Shown one piece after another: positions 1-9,376 of a DNA stretch of 64,000 nt. The translations under genes were made by a program, and so were the position numbers. The notes beneath the pieces are model-generated. The model was not told where the DNA came from. It saw only the letters and a program-made list of their open reading frames with translations, and did no database searches. Origin of the DNA: Candidatus Bathyarchaeota archaeon (GTDB taxonomy: Archaea > Thermoproteota > Bathyarchaeia > Bathyarchaeales > Bathycorpusculaceae). Each line of letters starts with the position of its first letter. The stretch's first letter is position 1. The stretch lies in the NCBI GenBank assembly GCA_963702095.1, contig OY969706.1, positions 384,001-448,000 of the forward strand, read 5' to 3'.

Positions 1-399
1 GACGGCATAAACCTTGAAGGCATATTCGCCTGTTGCCATATTGTAGGTAGCTTCCGACCAACCCTTAGTTGCGTTTAGCCATGCCAATCTTTGTGAGGGC
101 GTTTGATAGCTCAGGTTTCCCTCGATTTTCCCAATTGGCGTGGGATCCACAAGTTTCCCCTCTGCTTTGCCCCATGCAAAGATGGGTTCGCCGCTGCTAA
201 AGATGATTGATTTGAGGTCCAATTCGCTTACGCCTCCGGGCTTCATGAGTATATTGTGGGTTGATAGAATTTGTCCTGCGATTTTGCCATTAATTTTCCC
301 TGCAACAGTAATATCGAGCCTTACGCCTTGGGCGCTGAATTCTTTGACGTTAGCAGAGGTCGTGTATTCCACTCCTTCGTATAGCAATTCTTTCTCCAA
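1..399 (-). CDS. Hypothetical protein (3' end beyond window), probably a small beta-barrel
   Basis: Own translation: TTG at 399 after GGTGAG RBS; open frame MEKELLYEGVEYTTSANVKEFSAQGVRLDITV...GEYAFKVYAV runs to position 1. Confidence 0.7.
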   Translation of the reverse strand, partial: MEKELLYEGVEYTTSANVKEFSAQGVRLDITVAGKINGKIAGQILSTHNILMKPGGVSELDLKSIIFSSGEPIFAWGKAEGKLVDPTPIGKIEGNLSYQTPSQRLAWLNATKGWSEATYNMATGEYAFKVYAV

Positions 400-530
400 A
401 AATTCTCACCATAAAAAGAAACGGTTAAGCTGGCGAGTTAAGCTTTTGTGACTGCTCCCCGACTGCAACTATTCCAATAGTTTTTACGGTGTTTTTGCAT
501 AATAGATAAATTTCTCCGTTGATGCATTAC

Positions 531-606
531 AGCGTGGGATGATGTGAGGCGACGGCTTCGAGCCAAAAGCTGTGAGAGCTCGTCAATCATCGCTGACCCA
601 CATGCT
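531..606 (+). ncRNA. Box C/D sRNA candidate
   Basis: Terminal stem GTGGG(534-538)/CCCAC(597-601) flanks C box ATGATGT (539-545) and D box CTGA (593-596). Possible D' TCGA (558-561) and C' TGTGAGA (571-577). AT-rich promoter-like sequence near 501-510. Confidence 0.6.
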
Positions 607-785
607 TTGCAGTTTTCCTGCCTTTTTCACCCTGCATCCCCATCGGGTTTGACTGTATTGTTGCTAAAAGTTTTTATACGCGCCAGCCCAATTGGAGGAT
701 GTCACATTAACTCATGTATCACAAAGCTGCCAAAGCTTTTAGGGAATCCATGAAGAAACATCTGTGGCAGAAGATATAGTAGAAC

Positions 786-1940
786 ATGCAAATTCAAACA
801 TTTAAGGACCTCCCATTAAACCCAGAGGTCTTAAGAAGCATAAACGAACTCGGGTTTGAGAGTCTTTTTCCTATTCAAGCCCAAGCAATAACCCCTTTGC
901 TGGAAGGCAAAGACGTCATTGGGCAAGCGCAAACCGGAACAGGCAAAACCGCTGCTTTCGGCGTGCCAATGGTCCAAAACCTAAATCGAGAGGTGCGCGG
1001 AGTTCAAGCACTAGTTTTGACTCCCACACGCGAATTAGCCAATCAAGACGCTGAAAACATCGCTAAATTCGGCAAATACGCCAAAGCGAAGGTTCTGGCT
1101 GTTTACGGAGGAGAATCCATAAACAAACAGGTACACTCACTTGCAAGCGGAGTCAACATCGTCGTCGGTACACCCGGCAGACTCATTGACCTCATGGAAC
1201 GCAGAGTGCTGAACTTGGGCTCAATACGTTTCGTCGTTTTAGACGAAGCAGACCGCATGCTAGACATGGGCTTCATCGAAGACATCGAATTCATACTCTC
1301 CAAAACTCCCCGTGACCGCCAAACCGCACTGTTCAGCGCAACCATAGACGACAACGTCATGCGCTTAGCAAACAAGTACATGAAGAACCCACAGAAAATC
1401 CTAGTCAGCAAAGACGAAATAGCACTCACCCAAATGAAACAATACTACATTGTCGTCAACCAAGGCGGCAAACTCGGTGCCCTCTGCGACTTACTCCAAG
1501 ATGACCGCGTAGAAAAAGCAATCATATTCTGCAGGACACGCCATGAAACCAGCCGCGTATCCGAACAACTCTATAAACGGGGCTTCCGCAGCCAAGTGCT
1601 CCACGCAGGCTTCACACAGGCGCAGCGCGACCGCTCAATTAACGAGTTCCGCCATGGCAGACGCAGCCTCCTGTGTGCAACCGACGTCGCCGCAAGAGGA
1701 CTCGACATCGAAGGTATCACCCACATCATCAACTATGATGTCCCAAACGATCCCCCAGTTTACTTCCACCGCATCGGCAGAACCGCACGCAAAGGCGAAG
1801 AAGGCACAGCTATTACTTTGGTCAGCTACGGGGAAATGTCCAACTTCCACAGCATCAAAGCATTAACTAAAACCAAAATCGAAGAAATCAAAGGGCAAGC
1901 AGCGGAACAACAAGATTCGCCGGTACAGAGTTTCTATTAA
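786..1940 (+). CDS. DEAD-box ATP-dependent RNA helicase
   Basis: Q motif, AQTGTGKT, PTRELA, DEAD, SAT, ARGLD and HRIGRTAR motifs. Confidence 0.97.
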   Translation: MQIQTFKDLPLNPEVLRSINELGFESLFPIQAQAITPLLEGKDVIGQAQTGTGKTAAFGVPMVQNLNREVRGVQALVLTPTRELANQDAENIAKFGKYAKAKVLAVYGGESINKQVHSLASGVNIVVGTPGRLIDLMERRVLNLGSIRFVVLDEADRMLDMGFIEDIEFILSKTPRDRQTALFSATIDDNVMRLANKYMKNPQKILVSKDEIALTQMKQYYIVVNQGGKLGALCDLLQDDRVEKAIIFCRTRHETSRVSEQLYKRGFRSQVLHAGFTQAQRDRSINEFRHGRRSLLCATDVAARGLDIEGITHIINYDVPNDPPVYFHRIGRTARKGEEGTAITLVSYGEMSNFHSIKALTKTKIEEIKGQAAEQQDSPVQSFY

Positions 1941-1954
1941 ACTCTGTTGGCTGT

Positions 1955-1982
1955 TTGTTTTTCTTTTTTTACTCTTTTTTTG
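1955..1982 (+). terminator. Oligo-T archaeal terminator
   Basis: Several T runs directly after the helicase stop codon. Confidence 0.5.
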
Positions 1983-2020
1983 ATTAAATATAAAAGTACA
2001 TTGCTATAGTATGGTGAGTT

Positions 2021-2953
2021 ATGAGCAAACTCGCCTCCAACATCGCGCGCGGCATTATCGGTTTCACAAACCGGAGCTTAATCAAAAACCTCATCATAAT
2101 CACTCTTTGCATACTGCTCGTGTTTTCTTTAGCGTTTTTTCCCTACCAGTACTATGTATCCGCAAAAAGCGGTAAAGCTGACTTCCAAGTGGGGATACAT
2201 TATGTTTTTGAACAGGACGAAGTGGAGCAAATCGCTGACCAAGTAGCACGTATCCACGACTTAGGTTTTAAAGTGATCCGTATAACCCTGGAGTGTGACA
2301 CTGACCCCCTTGGCTATAACTACCCCACCAACCAGAGAAACGACGCTTTCTTCACAGCTGTCCAACAATACGGAATGTCTGTGGCACTGGTGATAAAGAA
2401 TCTAGACGACACAGCAAAAGTGGATTATTACCTCAACCGCTGGGGCAGCTACCTCAAGTACATCCAAATCTTCAATGAACCCGAATTATCCTCCACTTGG
2501 TCTCTGGGCGCAATGTTTACTGATGATGAAATCTCCTCCAAATTCGGCATAATGTACAACACCGTCCAAGCGCACCACTTAAACGTGCAGTACTACACGA
2601 ATTTCGGAATCAGCTACATAATTCGGAGCAATGTTCCAATCGCGTTGGCGCCGAAACTGGATTTTGTGGGGCTGGACCTGTTCATGGATGCCTTTGTGGT
2701 TACTTCTCCCCATTTCATACAGGTTTTACAGCAAATCACTAATCGAGAAGTGGTAATTACAGAGTTTGGCATGTCAACAACGGACTATGCGGCTCAAACT
2801 GATTTTATCCTAAAAGGGCTCAATCTCTTTAAGAATATGGGGTTGCCTGGGTGCTGGCTGGTTTACTGGAACAGCGCCTATGACAGCTACGGAATACGGG
2901 ATACTCCAACAGAAACAGCAGTAGGTGAATGGATTGCAGCAAACTGTAACTAA
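2021..2953 (+). CDS. Membrane-anchored glycoside hydrolase, clan GH-A-like TIM barrel
   Basis: N-terminal TM helix; acid/base-like FNEP and nucleophile-like VITEFG motifs. Confidence 0.7.
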   Translation: MSKLASNIARGIIGFTNRSLIKNLIIITLCILLVFSLAFFPYQYYVSAKSGKADFQVGIHYVFEQDEVEQIADQVARIHDLGFKVIRITLECDTDPLGYNYPTNQRNDAFFTAVQQYGMSVALVIKNLDDTAKVDYYLNRWGSYLKYIQIFNEPELSSTWSLGAMFTDDEISSKFGIMYNTVQAHHLNVQYYTNFGISYIIRSNVPIALAPKLDFVGLDLFMDAFVVTSPHFIQVLQQITNREVVITEFGMSTTDYAAQTDFILKGLNLFKNMGLPGCWLVYWNSAYDSYGIRDTPTETAVGEWIAANCN

Positions 2954-2954
2954 A

Positions 2955-3380
2955 ATGCTCCAACGCATACAGAGTCTGCCGATAGTGGTGAAACTGCTAG
3001 CTGAAGGCTTGACACTGTCAATACTGATGGTTGCGCTAAAAGTGTGGTTCGATGGCCAATTGACTGGGTTTATGGTGTATATGCCACCCATCGGCTTGGT
3101 TATATATGGGGTTTTGATGTTTCTTGTTGAGCCAATCGCTCTTGGTGCAGTAAACATCGTCCTTATCAATGTGCTATTCGGCACTAGAGGCTGGCAAGTT
3201 AATTTTTGGCTAAATGGCATATTCCTGCTACTGGTCTTTACCGCAATCAATGTTGCAATGCAGACCGCAGGAAACTTGTCCTTCACATACATAGCGGTCA
3301 TTGATGTGGTGGCGCTGTCATTTCCCTTCGGCTGTCTTAGCACGGTTTAGCAACGGCGGATGGAAAAAACCCATAAACTA
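2955..3380 (+). CDS. Small multi-pass membrane protein (possible frameshift near 3337)
   Basis: About 4 hydrophobic helices. Frame stops at 3350, but a shifted frame gives ...CLARFSNGGWKKPIN* ending at 3380. Confidence 0.6.
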
Positions 3381-3655
3381 GCCAAATGATATAACTGCAA
3401 ATCAACTTTTTTATTTGTAGTTGTTGCAGAGAACCCCCTATACACAACAACAACCAGCCGATTGAGCGGTGCAGTGCTTTTTTGTGGCGGCGCCTGGTTT
3501 GGGTTGCAGACTGGTTGTGGAGCAAACCGCAAGCACAACAGATTTTTGATCTGCTGATAAATGAAGTATGCTTTTCTAAGGATTACTAAATTCAACCGTT
3601 ATTGATTATACCATTCAGAAAGTTGATTATCGCTTGCATGAAGTATAAAAGGCAA

Positions 3656-4276
3656 TTAGTAAAAATGCCCTATAGTCCCTAATGTGCCTGTATCTGCCCA
3701 GACACTAACCAGTAAGCCTGTTGGGAAATTCGTTTTTTCAGCTAAAGTACATGTGGTATTATCTGTCAAAGGCACAGTTCTATAATTAACATAGTTGATA
3801 TCGATGAAGTGTACCTCAACATGCCATACTGGAAAACATGGAAATAGTATTGAGGAGCTAGCCGGTGAGAGGTTGGGATTTTGCGTGACCTCTCCAAGAG
3901 AGTGCCCGCCTCTGCTGCCCTCAAAATCCTGAATCTCGTTCAGGCTGGCGGTTACGGAAGTTATGGTCCTATTGTTTTCCGAGGCATATTTTTCGATAAC
4001 AGGCATTGCCAAGGCCAAAGCTTCTTCCTCAGAGATTAACGTAGGGTTGGCATCGTTGGTTTGATTTTCAGCTGTTGGAGGGAGAGTGGGCGCTGCCTCA
4101 GTGACAGTCGGCGTGGACGAGGTTTCGCCAGGTTGTATCACACCTGAAGCGTTAGAGCCAGAAAACATAAACATAACAAGCGATAAAATCGTGCATAAAA
4201 TAAGCGCTACTGCAATGAAACCATAATGATTTTTCGCGTTGCCAGCTACTTTTAGCAAGCATCTCACCGCTTTCAA
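3656..4276 (-). CDS. Hypothetical secreted or membrane-anchored protein
   Basis: N-terminal TM helix, Thr/Pro linker, then a PepSY-like 'ISEEEALALA...PVWHV' segment. Confidence 0.6.
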   Translation of the reverse strand: MKAVRCLLKVAGNAKNHYGFIAVALILCTILSLVMFMFSGSNASGVIQPGETSSTPTVTEAAPTLPPTAENQTNDANPTLISEEEALALAMPVIEKYASENNRTITSVTASLNEIQDFEGSRGGHSLGEVTQNPNLSPASSSILFPCFPVWHVEVHFIDINYVNYRTVPLTDNTTCTLAEKTNFPTGLLVSVWADTGTLGTIGHFY

Positions 4277-4357
4277 AAAAGACGATGTAAACTTTTAAGC
4301 TTTGCCTGAAATGCAGTCAATATTAAAAAGGAAAAAAAGAGGTTTTGAAGTCGTCGT

Positions 4358-4630
4358 TTACATGAATTCTTTGACTGTTGTCGCTGGCATCGTGTGGGTG
4401 TTGACGACGCCGTCGATGGAGCGGATTTTTTCGCCCACAAAATGCACTGCATTGTCGTTGCTATCTGCTTCAAACCACACAGCCATGTCCCAGTCGCCGA
4501 AAAGGTTGTAGGCGCCCATGAGTTTTACGCCTTCCATCGGCGTAGAATTCATGCCCTGAACTGTGTTGAAGAAGGGCAGGGTTTTGGATGGGTTAAGTTT
4601 CACCAGAACCAGATATTTTTGGTTGTTCAT
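4358..4630 (-). CDS. Stand-alone Lrp/AsnC ligand-binding (RAM) domain protein
   Basis: MNNQKYLVLVK...LFGDWDMAV...IRSIDGVVNTHT pattern. ATG at 4630 preferred over the longer ORF. Confidence 0.8.
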   Translation of the reverse strand: MNNQKYLVLVKLNPSKTLPFFNTVQGMNSTPMEGVKLMGAYNLFGDWDMAVWFEADSNDNAVHFVGEKIRSIDGVVNTHTMPATTVKEFM

Positions 4631-4710
4631 GTTTTTTTCCAAAGAATCACCGATACACCTCACGCTATTTGCATGCTTAAGGGTGTGTGGTTGTGCCAAA
4701 ACAACAGCAA

Positions 4711-5019
4711 CTAAGCAAAATGCAGCACTGACAGGGCTTGTTTTATCTGTGCTTGGCAAACCCTGCACTTCTTCATGAACTCTGCCCTATTCAGGGGGCC
4801 GTTGCAGTCGCAGACAAACTGGGACTGTGCGTCAAGCCTAAAACAGCAAACTGGGCTGTCAGCGGATTCTCTAAAAGCCCCCTCTATAATGGAGAGTTGA
4901 GCCGCAATGTTATCCGCGGTTTCCCCATCAGGTTCTGTGCCCAACGCAGAGAGCGCCTCTAAGACGTAGTCTAAGCGTTTCTTTAAACTGGTCACCCTTC
5001 TCTCTTCCCAACCATCCAT
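4711..5019 (-). CDS. Hypothetical protein with Cys-rich C-terminus
   Basis: Helical N-half followed by CC, CxC and CxxC; start uncertain. Confidence 0.55.
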   Translation of the reverse strand: MDGWEERRVTSLKKRLDYVLEALSALGTEPDGETADNIAAQLSIIEGAFRESADSPVCCFRLDAQSQFVCDCNGPLNRAEFMKKCRVCQAQIKQALSVLHFA

Positions 5020-5234
5020 TAATATCGGTACTATAAAAAAATAGTCAACTGAACACCCTAAAAATTCAGGCAACTAACCCAAATACTCTTAAAACACTGG
5101 GTGATACGGTTACTTATCGGTTAAATATCTCAATAGATTGGGCGTTTGATACGTTTAAATAGCCGATTAAATGTTATCTTAATTGAGGAGTAACCTCCTG
5201 CTTGTTTTAGAATAATTTTTATTATCCGCTTCCA

Positions 5235-5627
5235 ATGGGGAGGGATTTTTTAGACGTGAGCCTAAACCAGAAAGAAACAGTTGACGATTTGAGGCATCAA
5301 TGGAGACAGCTCTGGCATGAACGTTTAGACGACCATGTGCGAGCGGAAGGCGTCGCTGTTCAAGATTACCGCCAACTCTTCATAGACAAAGGCACTGTCA
5401 TCCACGCTACAAGAGACTGCCAAACCCTCAACTTCAAAGAAATCCTAAAAAAACATGCGGTCTCCGAACGCTATTTTCCTCCAGATCCTCTCGTCGGTGG
5501 ATGGACAAAATTCACAAAAACACACATAACCAAAAACCTCAAGAAACCAACCCGGATAAAACCCCTTACAGAAAAAAACGTTAAGCGGCAACTTAAAAAG
5601 AACGGCAGAGGCTGGCTGCACGCTTAA
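5235..5627 (+). CDS. Hypothetical protein
   Basis: 130-aa ORF with host-like codon style and a basic C-terminus. Confidence 0.65.
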   Translation: MGRDFLDVSLNQKETVDDLRHQWRQLWHERLDDHVRAEGVAVQDYRQLFIDKGTVIHATRDCQTLNFKEILKKHAVSERYFPPDPLVGGWTKFTKTHITKNLKKPTRIKPLTEKNVKRQLKKNGRGWLHA

Positions 5628-5679
5628 CCCCAATAAACCACACCGTAGACAAGCCTAGATAACCATAGCTGGTGCCCAA

Positions 5680-6651
5680 ATGCAGCCCATTTTCACTGCC
5701 GATTTACCTTTTGTCTCCATAGTCATCTGTACCCTTAACAGGCATAAAATGCTCAGAGAATGCTTAACCTCTATCTACGCTATGACTTACCCCAAATCCC
5801 ATTTTGAAGTCATCGTTGTAGACGGCGGCTCCCACGACGGCACACACCAAATCAAAGAGGAATTCTCCCAAGTACGCTTAGCCGTTGAACCCTGCTTCGG
5901 CATAGCGTATGCACGCAATAAGGGGGCAGAACTCGCAAAGGGCACTATAATCGCCTATACAGATGATGACTGTGTTGTAGCAAAAAGCTGGCTTCTACAT
6001 CTAGTTAACGGTTTTGAACGTTCAACACAGATTATGGGGGTCGGCGGACCAGTGTTCCCCGCTTTTTCTGAGTGGCCCAAAAACATACTGGTGCACCCAG
6101 CTTTGGGCCTCTTCGACGAAGGGCAGAAACCAAAATATGTCAGCGGAATCATAACCTCCAACTCTGCTTTTAGACGAGAACTCTTCTCCAGTGCACACTT
6201 CGACGAGGGTTTAGGAGCCACCAGACGCGGACAACTGCTATTATGTGGAGAAGACGTTGAATTCTGCAATAAAATCACAGATAGCCAATACAAACTCTTC
6301 TATGAACCCAACGCCAAGGTTTACCACAGAATCCGAAGCGACCGCGTAAAAGTCACCTACATAATACGTCATGCCGTCAACAACGGGGTAAGCGTGGCTC
6401 GAATCATACAGAAATCCAAGAGCTCAAAAATCTGGATGTTCCGCTACAGCCTCGTGGGGTTGCTTAAAAGTCTGTACTGCGTCATTTTCGACCGATCCTT
6501 TTCGGCATGCTATCAAATAATCTTGTATTCTTCTGCTTCATTCATAAGCCTCGCAGGGATAGAAAATGGTTCGTTGTTCGTAACTAAAACGTTAGATGCC
6601 CTCAAACGTCCGCCACCCGCAACCAAGACTGATCAAACCATTCTGTGCTGA
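5680..6651 (+). CDS. Glycosyltransferase family 2
   Basis: VSIVICT, VVDGGSHD, ARNKG, YTDDD and GEDVE motifs. Confidence 0.93.
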   Translation: MQPIFTADLPFVSIVICTLNRHKMLRECLTSIYAMTYPKSHFEVIVVDGGSHDGTHQIKEEFSQVRLAVEPCFGIAYARNKGAELAKGTIIAYTDDDCVVAKSWLLHLVNGFERSTQIMGVGGPVFPAFSEWPKNILVHPALGLFDEGQKPKYVSGIITSNSAFRRELFSSAHFDEGLGATRRGQLLLCGEDVEFCNKITDSQYKLFYEPNAKVYHRIRSDRVKVTYIIRHAVNNGVSVARIIQKSKSSKIWMFRYSLVGLLKSLYCVIFDRSFSACYQIILYSSASFISLAGIENGSLFVTKTLDALKRPPPATKTDQTILC

Positions 6652-6670
6652 GAACTTGGAGCGCCATTCA

Positions 6671-8776
6671 ATGTTTGAATCCAAACCGTTCCAATTTGAA
6701 GCTAACGGCATAAGCGTCGCCATACTCCTACAGGTAACACTGATTCTAACAATAATATTCAACATACCCTTTGCCCGGCAAATCATCGGTTTTCTATACC
6801 TGACCTTTATCCCCGGATTTGCTATTCAACGCCTGCTCAAACTAGAACTCAGCCGCATAGAATCAGCGCTCTTCGACGTGGGCTTAAGCCTAGCTTTTTT
6901 GATGGGAATCGGTTTTCTCCTCAACACTTTAGCCCCAGCAATAGGCTTAACAAACCCACTTAACCTAAACTTTATTCTGGCTCTAACAAGCGTCTTCGTT
7001 ATTACAGCCCTCACCCTTCGCCGACAGGACACCTATAAAACCCTGCAAACGTTTTTTAACTTCAAAAAATCGCTCCCAATCCTTGTAGTTCTCGCGGTGG
7101 TTTTAGCATTAAGCATTGCAGGCGGCTTATCAGCCAGCTACAACTCGAACGCCAACACCTACATTTCGCTTATTATGTTGGGTTCGGTTGCCGTGTTGAT
7201 TGCCGTTGTGGCTTTGTTTAGAAAAAGTTTTTCACCAAGCCATTACCCCGTAATGGTTTTCGGCTTAGCTCTTGCGTTGCTGTTGAACGTGTCGCTTTTT
7301 TCCCAGTATATTGTGGGATTCGACATATTCGCCGAGTACTCCCTGTTCTCTAGCACCCTAAACAACCTGTATTGGAGCTCAGGGTTCCAATCCAGCTACA
7401 ACGCCATGTTAAGCGTCACCATACTGCCGACCATTTACTCAGTTGTTTTAGATTTAAGTGGCACTTGGCTGTTCAAAGTGATTTACCCCGCCATCTTCGC
7501 GTTTGTCCCATTGGGGCTCTTTATGCTCTTCAAGTTAAAGATGAGCAGAGAAGTCGCGTTTTTCTCAGCTGTCTTTTTCATATCCAACGTTGCCTTCTTC
7601 ACCGATTTAACCCAGCTTGCACGGCAAATGATAGGCGAAGTATTCTATGTCCTGCTGCTCCTAACCCTCTTCAACCACAAAATCGAAGGTACCTCAAAAT
7701 GGGTGATCTTCGCCATTTTCGGTTCAAGTTTAATCATGTCACATTACTCGTTGGCATACATCTTCTTGGCTTCAATCGCTGCAGTTTGGGTAATTGCCGC
7801 GTTGCGGGGACGGCGGTTTAAAGCGGTTACGGGTATCATGGTAATTTTATTCGGCGTTATGACTTTTGCCTGGTTCATCTATACTTCTTCAGGCGCCGCC
7901 TTCAACAACCTCCTAGTGGCAATAGACAGCGTACGCGCCCACTTGTCTTTCGACTTCTTTGACCCCGCATCAAGAGGCACCCAAGTTATGCAGGCAATCG
8001 GCGGCACCGCCGGAGTTACCTCTCTGTGGCATTCCATCGGCAGAGTCCAATTCTACATAGTCGAAGGCTTAATCATAATCGGTTTCCTAGCCGCACTACT
8101 GCAAAAAAGACTGAAAATCTTCAATGACGACTTCAAAATCCTAGTTTTCTTTAACCTCCTCCTTCTCTCTCTATGTGTGATTTTACCAAACTTTGCTGCA
8201 ACCTTCACCGCTTCCCGCTTCTACCAAGTTGCCTTAGTTCTGATAGCGCCTCTCTGTATTTTAGGCGGGTTGGCTACGCTGAAGTTTGTGACTAGAAACA
8301 GAGTCAAAAGAAAATACCTCATCGCATCCCTAGCCCTCCTTGTGTTGGTGCCGTTCTTTTTGTTCCAAACGGGCTTTGTCTACGAAATCTTCCACGACGA
8401 CACCATTTCGCTTCCACTTAGCGCTTATCGGCTAAACCCATTTGAGCTTGCACAAAGAGGAGTCATAACAGGTTATGAGGTGGCGGGTGCAAACTGGCTG
8501 ACTAAAAACCAAAACGCCAGTTACCCAGTCTACGGGGACGTAACTTCCTACTCCATCTTCGGCTACACCAATATAATCAACGGTGTCCCGCTGGCTCCAC
8601 AGTTTACTGCTTCTTCAGGCTCCTATGTTTACCTCAACCAGTACAACATTCGAGATGGCGTTGTTATCCAGTACAGTGGCGGCCAAACCTTCAACGTAAG
8701 CGAGATGTCTCCTACAATGGTTTCTTTGAACACGGTTTACTCAGCCGGCGACTGCGAAATATACACTGTTCCATAG
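6671..8776 (+). CDS. DUF2206-like polytopic membrane protein (GT-C-like)
   Basis: Many TM helices; GLSLA, GFDI, YNAMLSVTILP, ARQMIGE and SHYS motifs; lies inside a glycosyltransferase cluster. Confidence 0.8.
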   Translation: MFESKPFQFEANGISVAILLQVTLILTIIFNIPFARQIIGFLYLTFIPGFAIQRLLKLELSRIESALFDVGLSLAFLMGIGFLLNTLAPAIGLTNPLNLNFILALTSVFVITALTLRRQDTYKTLQTFFNFKKSLPILVVLAVVLALSIAGGLSASYNSNANTYISLIMLGSVAVLIAVVALFRKSFSPSHYPVMVFGLALALLLNVSLFSQYIVGFDIFAEYSLFSSTLNNLYWSSGFQSSYNAMLSVTILPTIYSVVLDLSGTWLFKVIYPAIFAFVPLGLFMLFKLKMSREVAFFSAVFFISNVAFFTDLTQLARQMIGEVFYVLLLLTLFNHKIEGTSKWVIFAIFGSSLIMSHYSLAYIFLASIAAVWVIAALRGRRFKAVTGIMVILFGVMTFAWFIYTSSGAAFNNLLVAIDSVRAHLSFDFFDPASRGTQVMQAIGGTAGVTSLWHSIGRVQFYIVEGLIIIGFLAALLQKRLKIFNDDFKILVFFNLLLLSLCVILPNFAATFTASRFYQVALVLIAPLCILGGLATLKFVTRNRVKRKYLIASLALLVLVPFFLFQTGFVYEIFHDDTISLPLSAYRLNPFELAQRGVITGYEVAGANWLTKNQNASYPVYGDVTSYSIFGYTNIINGVPLAPQFTASSGSYVYLNQYNIRDGVVIQYSGGQTFNVSEMSPTMVSLNTVYSAGDCEIYTVP

Positions 8777-9364
8777 GTGGAAGGCTTGTTTTTCTCCACA
8801 TTCCTAGACGTTATCTGGACAAATATAGTGTCCAAATTCTCCAAGCCACTGGGCACAGTAGCCATCGGGCAACACACCTATGGAAAACCAAAAATCCTAA
8901 GCCTAAGCAGAGACAACGTGTTAGTCATAGGCAAATACTGCTCTATCGGCGACGACGTCACATTCATCGGCATCGGCGGACAACACACTTACAAACACGT
9001 AGCCAATTTCCCACTGTTTAGCCAAACAAAATATTCGCCGGATTGGAGTCAAATCGAAGAATGCAGGGGTACGCCGACCATAATCGGCAATGATGTCTGG
9101 ATAGGCAAAGGAGCCACAATAATGCCCAAGGTTAAAGTCGGCGATGGCGCAGTTGTGGGTGCATGTGCGTTGGTGACTAAGGATGTGCCGCCTTACGCGG
9201 TTGTAGGCGGCGTCCCCGCAAAAATCATTCGGTATCGTTTCACGGATGAGCAGATTGAATGGTTGCTAAGAATTGCTTGGTGGAATTGGAGCCGAGAAAA
9301 AATCACAGAGAATATCGCTTTTTTCTACAGTGACGTAGCTGATTTTATCCGGCGCTTCTCTTAA
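8777..9364 (+). CDS. Hexapeptide-repeat O-acetyltransferase (CatB/Vat-like), probably a sugar acetylase
   Basis: IGKYCSIG, IGNDVWIG, VTKDVPPYAVVGGVPAK and WWNW motifs. Start may be TTG 8786. Confidence 0.9.
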   Translation: MEGLFFSTFLDVIWTNIVSKFSKPLGTVAIGQHTYGKPKILSLSRDNVLVIGKYCSIGDDVTFIGIGGQHTYKHVANFPLFSQTKYSPDWSQIEECRGTPTIIGNDVWIGKGATIMPKVKVGDGAVVGACALVTKDVPPYAVVGGVPAKIIRYRFTDEQIEWLLRIAWWNWSREKITENIAFFYSDVADFIRRFS

Positions 9365-9376
9365 GGAGACGGTTTT

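Noticed and set aside
544-753. 69-aa ORF (and 140-451 ORF)
   Set aside because: The first overlaps the C/D sRNA candidate and promoter; the second is antisense to the better-supported minus-strand gene at 1-399.
8774-8790. In-frame TAG between DUF2206 and the acetyltransferase as possible pyrrolysine readthrough
   Set aside because: TAGGTGG doubles as an RBS for TTG 8786; the two proteins are complete separate families and no pyl genes are seen.
8777-9364. Chloramphenicol/streptogramin resistance gene
   Set aside because: Same fold, but its position between glycosyltransferases favours sugar O-acetylation.
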